This document shows positions 25,060 to 34,000 of a DNA stretch of 64,000 bases, piece after piece. Origin of the DNA: Candidatus Aquitaenariimonas noxiae (GTDB lineage Bacteria; Omnitrophota; Gorgyraeia; Aquitaenariimonadales; Aquitaenariimonadaceae); NCBI GenBank assembly GCA_002780005.1, contig PEWV01000025.1, positions 25,150-89,149 on the forward strand. The letters run 5' to 3'. The notes under the pieces were generated by a model. The model did not search any database. It was not told the origin of the DNA and saw only the letters and a program-made list of their open reading frames with translations. A program made the position numbers and the translations under genes. The first letter of the stretch is position 1; every line of letters begins with the position of its first letter.

Positions 25060-28000
25060 GGCTAAAGATCTCAAGCTAGCCACTAAGCGCACAGCTTCTT
25101 CTTGAGACGGTTCCATGCTTAGCGTAGGCATTCCTGCTATCATATCTTCTTCTTTTGGCAGAATGACTTGCGCTTCTTGCTCTACCGTCTTTACCTTTCC
25201 AATAATATGATCTACTTTAGCCCGTAATAGTTCTCTCTCCTGGTCGGTTAGCTTGCTTACTTCATCATAGTGCCTTAATGGTTGGTCTGTGAGACGCGCA
25301 GAACGCTGTAGGGACGAGGCTTCGATCCTGATATTGCAGATGGCTTCAACAATTTCCCTGGGCGGAGCCCTTGCTAATTCCGGCCTAAGCGTTACTTTGT
25401 GCACTTTATCTGCCCTGTCGATGCTTACTATACCAGCTTGTTCGAGGTTTGATATTTCAACTCTCACTGTTTCGTAACTGTAGGTCCCTTCGCTAATATT
25501 ACTTGGGTTCTTAAGTCTTAGTTGCTGCAATTCAGCTATTGTCAGGGCCTCGCCATTCTTGAACCTCGTAGCCAGCTCTGTCAGTTCCGGCGTTGGCCAG
25601 TCCTTGGTCAGAAGCAAAGAATGCAAGAATACGGCCGGCGAGCCGTCGGGCGTAAACGGAATATGCTCTATTCGCAAGAAATCTTCTGCAATTCTTTCGA
25701 TCGCAGACATTTTATCTTCTATATTTTCTTGGCACATTAGAGGGTCTTTCGCATCTATGATATCTTGCGGCACCTCTATTAAAAGCGCCCACTCTGAACT
25801 GAATCTGCTTCCATCATATTCACTCGTCCTGACCACTTCAACGCCATCTAATCCATTTAACTCATCTATAAAACGTGTAAAATTAGGGTTCGATTCGTCG
25901 GCTTTAAAAGAAACATATAGTTTATTATTGCTCGGAATGTCCGCGCTGCTGGTCTGCTTGTCACTTTGAAGTTTCCTAAAATACAAATCAATTCTTTCTT
26001 GCGGTGCTTCGCCAGAATATGAATACAGTTCTAAATAAGCTCTAGGGGTCGGGGCATCGGCCCATGTAGTATAAATAAATGGCAAAGCATTAAGCCTTCC
26101 CACAACACCATTAATATCTCGATCCTCTCCCTGGAGAGCGTCGTCTGACCACCCGTTTGTAACCATCAAGGCACTATTAACATCTCCGGGATTAAAAATT
26201 ATACCATATCTATCCTGTTCTTTTCGTTCCGCAAAATTTCTAGGGCCGTCTATATATACTCTTATTCTATCCCTTAACAGGCCCTCCGGCTTGCCTTCAG
26301 GGTAGTTGGCCGGAAAGAAAACGATCTGTAATGCCCTTGCAGCTTGATGCCCAAAATGACGGCAAAGGATTTCATGTAAGATATATTCTCCTTTTAATGG
26401 CCATGGTAGTGTTCCTAGAAAATCACGTGAATAGTAAATTGCTGGGTTTTCTGCATCATCTAACTTATTTTGCCCAAGCGCAAAATCCTGACTGTTCTCA
26501 ATTTGCGAAACGACTTCTCTTAAAGTAGCGTTTGGTAAATCATATAATAACGCTAGAGATAATTTATTATTATCAGGCGCAATAAGATCACCCCAAATTC
26601 TTGCAAACAATCCTGGCGCTTCCTCTTGAGATATAGGAGGTGTGGCGCCTTCCTCGTAATATTCGGGGTTTGACAACCTATCGATCGCGCTTCTCAATGA
26701 CACATCGGAAATCTCAGAATTGTTAATTTCTTCAATTACAAATTCCTTTAAACCATCTTCTAGTGGTCTATATTTTCTTTCTGCAATATCTTGATTCATT
26801 CTCTCAAGAGCTATATGCCCCTGCGCTATGTAACCATCGGGTGTGGTCTTAGGCGCAGCAGGCAATGTCGGGGTCGCGCCGGGCATTCTACCCGGAGTTT
26901 TCTCTTGCCCCAGAGGTGTAGGCGTCACTGTCGCTGCAGTCGCCCCCGATGGCTCTGAAAGCACCTCTAAAATATCATAAAATCTTGTCACAACGTCATC
27001 ATAGTCTGATACGACTGCTTCGCCATAACCCCATGTATATCTGCTCTTGTACGTTTTACGCACTAACATCACATCTCTTATAACGTCAAAGTTCCACCAT
27101 TCTGCGTTTGGATCATCTGATTGCATCAATCTTATATTGTAAGCCGGAGTTCCTCCTCCGCCTACATATGCTGCATAGCTGAATCTTGTGACATTCCGCG
27201 CGCCGCCCTTTGCTGATATTCCCCCCATATAAGGAGCAAGATCCTCACTATCCCTTACCATTTTCATCTTTCTTGTGACAACACAAATACTCTGAATAGG
27301 ATCATAAGGATCATATTCTCCGCTCAAAACGCCTTCAGCCTTAAGCCCATCAAATATCTTTCTATAATGATCCGCTTCTTCATCCCCGTCTAATAATTGA
27401 GCGATACCCCTGGCGTATTTTCCTGAAGAATCCAACGTTGTGGCTTTCGGGCCGCTAGAGTTAAAGCTATCGGTTTCATAGAATAATAATCCAAGAACCC
27501 TATTAAAGGGAATATTATCCTTTTCCTGGCCTGCTAAGAATTTAAATTTGTTCAAAAATCTTGCCATTAGCTCGTTCCTTTGCGCTTCTGTCATGTTGCT
27601 GAATTTAGGATCGGCAAATACTTTTCGTGCAACTGCATTCAATACAGCATCCCGGTCCATGTGCGCCAAATACACGTATCTGAGCGTCCTATAAAGGCGT
27701 TCTTCTGATCTCAATGTAATACGTATTTTTCTGTCCTCAGGTTCTGCTATATCAAACTTGTCTGAATATTTACGCGCCGCAAGATCTAAGAGATTTGCGC
27801 GCAATTTATCGGAAGTCCACCCCATATACTCAGGCCTTGAAAATCTTACGATATCCATGAGTAAGTCAAGATCCTCCTGTTCAATATAAGCCTCTATGTA
27901 AGGATCGACAAATGTTCCGTATATCCTGTTTCTAAAGTCATCGCTTCTCATGCCGATCAATAGCGGTTTTATCCTATTTATTTTAACGCTTATAGCCTGA

Positions 28001-31000
28001 GCCTTCTCTTCTCTCGCCTTCCTTCCGGCTTCAGCATTGGCTAAAGCCTGCCTTAACAACTCTTTCTTTTCCTTACGATCCCGCCATTTGATATATTCTT
28101 CGCGGGACATTAGGCCGGCTTTGATCAAGAGAACAATAGCTGTGCCGACAAGCAGGCCTTCCACAGCCATTCTTCTTGCATAACTCCTAGGGCCTTCTGA
28201 AGGATAATTTCTCTCAAATCTCATTAAGTTAAGGGCTCCTGCGAACGCAAACAGAGCGCCTATATATCCGATTAGAATAACCAAGGCTGGATGAAGGTGC
28301 AGGCTTAAAAACCATATTATTCCTGCAACCGACCCTCCGCCGAATACGAGCCCTGCCCAAAGTTTCCACTTGCCTGGGGCTATAACCCTTCTTTCATAAA
28401 GAATCTTCCTAAGGTCCTGTTTATCAAATTTATCAAACACCCTTATCAGCAATTCTCTTTGCTGGCTGTTATGAGTGGCTAGTATAAAATCCAGGGTCGC
28501 ATTCGTAGCTTCACTCTCACCGCACTCGCGCGCCATATGATACAATTCATGATGGACATTGAGCAGCACGAATATCTGCGTCAATTCTTTGGCTAGATTC
28601 TCTAATTGCCAAGGAGTCATATTTAAATTCATTTCCTGCGCTACTGCGGATAATCTATAGTAAGTATCTATAAATAAATCATAATCTAAGATCATTAAAT
28701 TGTTCTGTCTCTGCGAAACGTGCCCCAATTGCGGAAAACCCCATCCTATGCGTATAGCTATGCAAGGATTATCTGTCCCTGTCTGTCTCTGTTTTTCGAA
28801 TATATCCCTTAGAAGTTGCCGCATAGCCGGGATATTAAAGGCATTTTGTAAATTAATCCTGTATTCATCGGGAATAAATTCGCCTGGCGCTGTATCCTGG
28901 CGCTGATAGACAACAATCTGCCCCCTTCTGTCCGGAACAGCAAAAAGGACCGCTATTTTATCAGTTGTCATTTCATTAATACTTGGGGGATAAGGTTCGA
29001 CTCTTTCAAAAAACGAAAACATGTTAGCGCCTCGACCTGTTTTTGGCAAAACAGCCAGCTTTAATCGGGCGCTAATCCTGGCAAAAGTCCTCGAGACAAC
29101 GCTCCTGACGCTGCCGGCCGCGAACCGATTATCGCGCTCGATCAAACCTCTAAGGGCTTCGGGTTTTAACGCGCCTCTATAAGAGATGCCCAGCCTCTCT
29201 ATATTAGTTAAGACATGGCTGTAAGATGCTGCCGCATCGCCAAAAGCGCCTCTGGCTTCACATTGTAAAGCTGCCGTCAGATCGGCATTGACCTCACCCT
29301 GCAAAACTTCAGCTTGCTCGAGCGCGATTTCCTCAAGCCTAGCCGTCGCCGCTTCCATACGAGACGTAAAACAATCAAAACGCCTTATCAAATAGCCAAG
29401 CCAATTATAAGCATGCTCCACCTGGACCGGATAAATATTATTCGATGCCACCAAGTCACTTATATGCTGGTCTTCCAGCTCTCCCGTTTCAGCAAGGTAT
29501 AATATATCTACTATACCGGCATAGGTAAGATCTATATCCGGACTAAAAACTGTTCCTAGAATTTTCAAGAGTAGAACAGGATTGCCTCTAACAGCGGCTC
29601 TATATTTTATGCCGCTCAAAACTTGGTTTAGAGGGCTCACCAGCATGCCTACGTAGCGCAGCTCGCCTTCTACGCGATCCCTCGATAGGCGCATGTCGAG
29701 ATCTGAAACAACTCCGTTAATAATCACCTCTCTCATGGCCCGCTTGAATATATCTCGATCAGCGATTTCATCGGCGACACTTGCTTGAGATAGCTTTGCC
29801 AAAACATTTTCTAGCACCATAAAAGGATCCGCATCCGCTGTCATAGAGATGTGCCAAATAGTATCAGCAAGCATTTCCGCCCTATCTTTTCTGACAGCAA
29901 TCCTACCTCTACCAACGCCTGCAACAACCTGATTTGCCACGGTTTCAACAATTAAAGCCGCAGTTCCCGCACTTCTCGCGCCCGCATCAGGCGGAATTGT
30001 GGCAAATACGCCTCCGGCTTCCCAAACATATTTATTATAGAAATGGTGTAAGGCCACTGTTAAAACAAAAACCGGTATAATGCTTGGGGCGAGACCCAAA
30101 CTAAACATCAATGCCATCGGCACAACGCTGAATAGGAGCCCTGGCACTAGGAAGAATAAACCTAATCTAAAATCCTCCTGCTTCCTAAACCCAAAAAGAC
30201 TTCCGGTATGTTCAAAAATCCATCTTTTTTCTATCAGGTTATCGCCGATCCTGGGACTGCGCACGTAAACTCTTAAATGGCCTAATAAGAAAGTTGTAAA
30301 TGTCATTACAGCTGCTATTGATCCGGCTATAAACAAGGGCTGATGCAATATAGACAAAAGAAGGAAGGTTGAGCCGTAGTATATAGATAACCTGATAATA
30401 TTTTCTATTACCGGAGCCACGTAAAGCGAATATCCCCTCAATCCCTCTTTGCCCTCTTTCGAAGTAGATGCCGCAGTTCTCAGGAGATCAACCTTAGAGG
30501 CCCATTGCCATATGTCTTTTCCTGTGAATAATTTCACTATCCATCTTATAGAAGCTATAAGCGCAACAGAAGTTGCCGGGGGTAAAGAGTCTTCACCTTC
30601 TTGCGTTCCTCTCTCAACAATAGTTTTAGCATCCGATCTTGCAATAATATCATGCGCTAATACGCATTTTAGATAAGGATCCGGGTTTTCTTTATAAATT
30701 CTTAATGTTCTATCTGCACCTTCTTTTGCATTATCGACAATCCTTATCAACTCCTCTACCGTTAGGTCAACGGTTAACCCTCCTGTAAGCTGCTCAAACA
30801 CTAAGGCACTATCAAATGTTAATTGAAATGGCGGTTGTGCATAGTGGTGCATAAATTGCCGCGCAGACTCTACGAGTCTACGGATATCAACAGGGGATAT
30901 GTGCCGCTCTCTCGCGGCATCTATAAGTTGCGTTACTTCCGGATGTTTCTCCTGATATTTAGTGAGATACGTTTCGGCCCTCTCGGTTTCCGCGCTTAAC

Positions 31001-34000
31001 TCTTGCGTCTCAGGAGACGTCAGGGCTTCCGGACCCCGCCTTCTTGCTATAATATCAATTTCCGGATTATCCTCTATAAATTCACTTAAAAAACTCCTGG
31101 CTGCAGAATCTCCTTTTCTTGAAATTTCTAAAATAATACCGGCCCCGCCTTCAGCATTAAGCAGCCCCCTGGCCGCAGCAGTTCTTACTTCAAGGCTCGG
31201 GTCATTCTGCAATGCCCCCCTCAATACGGTAAGGCCGCGCTCGCCGGCCCTGCTGAGCGCTAATGCCGCGGCTAATTTCGAATCCGTATCCACATTCGTT
31301 CCCAGCACTGCCTGCAAATTCCTTATTCCGGAATTACCTGGTAAACTTGCCAACCCCAAAGCCGCAGCATATTTAGCATCCATATCAGACGGCTTTTCTG
31401 TTCTGCTTGATAATATGCCATTCAAAACATCTGTCCCTCGACTCATCGTACCGAGCGCTATAGCGGCGCAGTACTTAGCAGCCAAATTATCATTATTGCG
31501 TATAACGCCGTTGAATACCCTTACAACATCATCCCCAAAGTGAGTTAACGCTATTGCCGCGCCTTTTTTAGCGCCAAAACTCGGATTTGTGGACAAAATA
31601 CCGGCAAGTTTTCTTTGGGGCTTGCTTTTATCAGTGGCGGCCATTCTCATAAGATGCTCGCGCGTTTCAGCAAAATTTGGGTCTTCAAACAACCCCAATC
31701 TCTGGCCTCGGGCACCTGTCAAAACTTCGTCAATATGCCTGACCGCTGCCAGCCTACTGCGATCTGTTGTTAATACCTCCCTGCGGTGCAAAAGCGTTGA
31801 TTCCACGCGATGGCTTTGCGTTTCCTTTAAAATCCTGATCATTACAGGTTCTATATGAGTCTGGATATAGATTTCGTCTTCATCGTTTAAAGCCAAAGAT
31901 AGATTGTTCATTACTGCTTCAGGCTGTTCTTCTGCAAACGACACGAGAAAATCATCGATAAATGCGCTTACAACCGGGTCTTCTGCCTTATACATGCCAG
32001 ACAAGATTCGCACTGATTCGTCAGGGTAGGCATGGGCGATATTCCTTATAGTATCGATTGCAAATTGTATAACTGGTTGTGGAAAATCGTGCAAAAGACC
32101 CAAATATTGGCGCAAAACTTCACCCATATTCGCACTCAAGGCCTGCGCCAATCTATCTTGAGATTCTAGTTGGGCTTGACGCAAGGGCATCAAATCACTT
32201 CCCTCTAGGGTTTTAACATCTCCTTGCTGCATGCCGCTGACTGTAACAGGTCCGATCGCTATTCTTTCCATCCTAATAACGGGATTCCCAACAGCATCCA
32301 TCATTCCTTTGACCTGACGGTATTTTCCCTCACTTATAAAGAGATCTAGCGTCGTAGTACCGTGACCTCGCTCGATTATCGCAATTCTGGCCGGAGCCGT
32401 ATCATATTCAATTAAGCTTCCTTCCATAATTTCTACTTCAACGTGCACTCCTTCTTCGAGCGCCATCTTCTTGTCATCTGTAACCTCACCGCTGGCAACA
32501 ACTCTATACTGCTTCTCTATATGGCCGGCCGGCAGTATAAGATTACCTATCATGCTGGGATCATCAGTGAGGATCATAACGCCAGGAACATCATAATCCA
32601 GGCGGCCTACCGGATAGAGGCCTGTTGTATCTATATGGTGATCTTCGGAAAGGATGTCATATATAGTCCTTCTGTTAAGCCCTTCGGCGTCTTCGCGAGT
32701 GGATAAAACATCAGCCGGTTTATATAATAGATAATATCTAAATTTGACCGGCACGCGCACAACATTGCCAAACTGATCCAATAACTCTACTTCGCCTTCG
32801 CGAGCCAATCGATATAACTCGTCAAAAAGCACTCGTCTAAAATGGGGGGCGAGCATTATCGCATCTTGAGTTAAGCCTATGTCATGCGTCGCCTGCATGA
32901 GTTCTATATTGTCGGGTCGGGCAAGATATTCGACAGTATCTTTTATAGCATTCCCTTCGTCTGTTATGCCTTTTATTCCATGCGCGCCTATATCATGCGA
33001 CCACAAGCCCATGAGAAATAGGATGCGCTGGTCCTGCAGTTCCGGAGGAGCCCTTAAAAGCGGCCAGTTTATTATGACCCTGCCGGGCATATGCGTTGCC
33101 GCCTCATCAATATCATATCTCAGGCTTAAAGTTATTTTGAAACCTTCGGCCGGGATCCTATCCGCTAGTTCGGCCTGCTGTGTTCTAAACCACCGTTTTA
33201 GAGAAATATCAAGGATCCCTATTTCCGGATATTTTGCGAGTAGTTCTTCCTCTTTCATGCTGCCATTCATAATAGGCTCTATATCATTTTCCTGAACTCC
33301 TGACATGCGCAAAAATCTTTCATCCATAGCCAGATTGATTTCGCCGGACTTAGTAATGCTGATATCGGCAGTAAGCGGCGTTTCACGCGCGATACCTAGC
33401 ATTTCTTCTGCGGCTTCCTCGGAAGGTCTTCCGTCTTCCATGGGTTGAGCGCGGGCAACTACAGCCGGATAAGCCTTTGCTGCATCCTGAGGCACAAGGC
33501 AGGCATTCAAGAAAGCTCTTTCAGCGCCGTACCAAATATACCTGTCTGAAAGATCAATAGCCCTCTGCCTCAGTTCCTCGGTAGAGGCAGCCCCATATTG
33601 CTCAATATTGGCAATAATATGTCTGACAATTGTTTCAAACTCAGCGGTACCGCTTTGACCAGCTACTATAGTATAATTTTGCTCTCCCCTTGCGTATCTT
33701 CTTAAAATTTCTATTCTATCAGCAAGGGTAGCTCCCGTTAATATTCTTTGCAATAACTGTCCAAATGCATCCGCGTCGGCACGATCACGCGCTTCAAACC
33801 CTGCTATTAAACTGCTCCAGCTCTGGTCTTCTTTTATAGCGTAATAATGAGTAGCCCAATATTCGTTTGAGCGCACCCCTCCGCCTGGCTCAACAATCCT
33901 GTCATTTGGCCTGCCGGCCATAGCCATAGGCTCTCGCAGCCCCAACTCTGCCCTAGTAGGAATTGGAGGCAATCCTGGCTCAGGCAGGGCTTTCATTTTC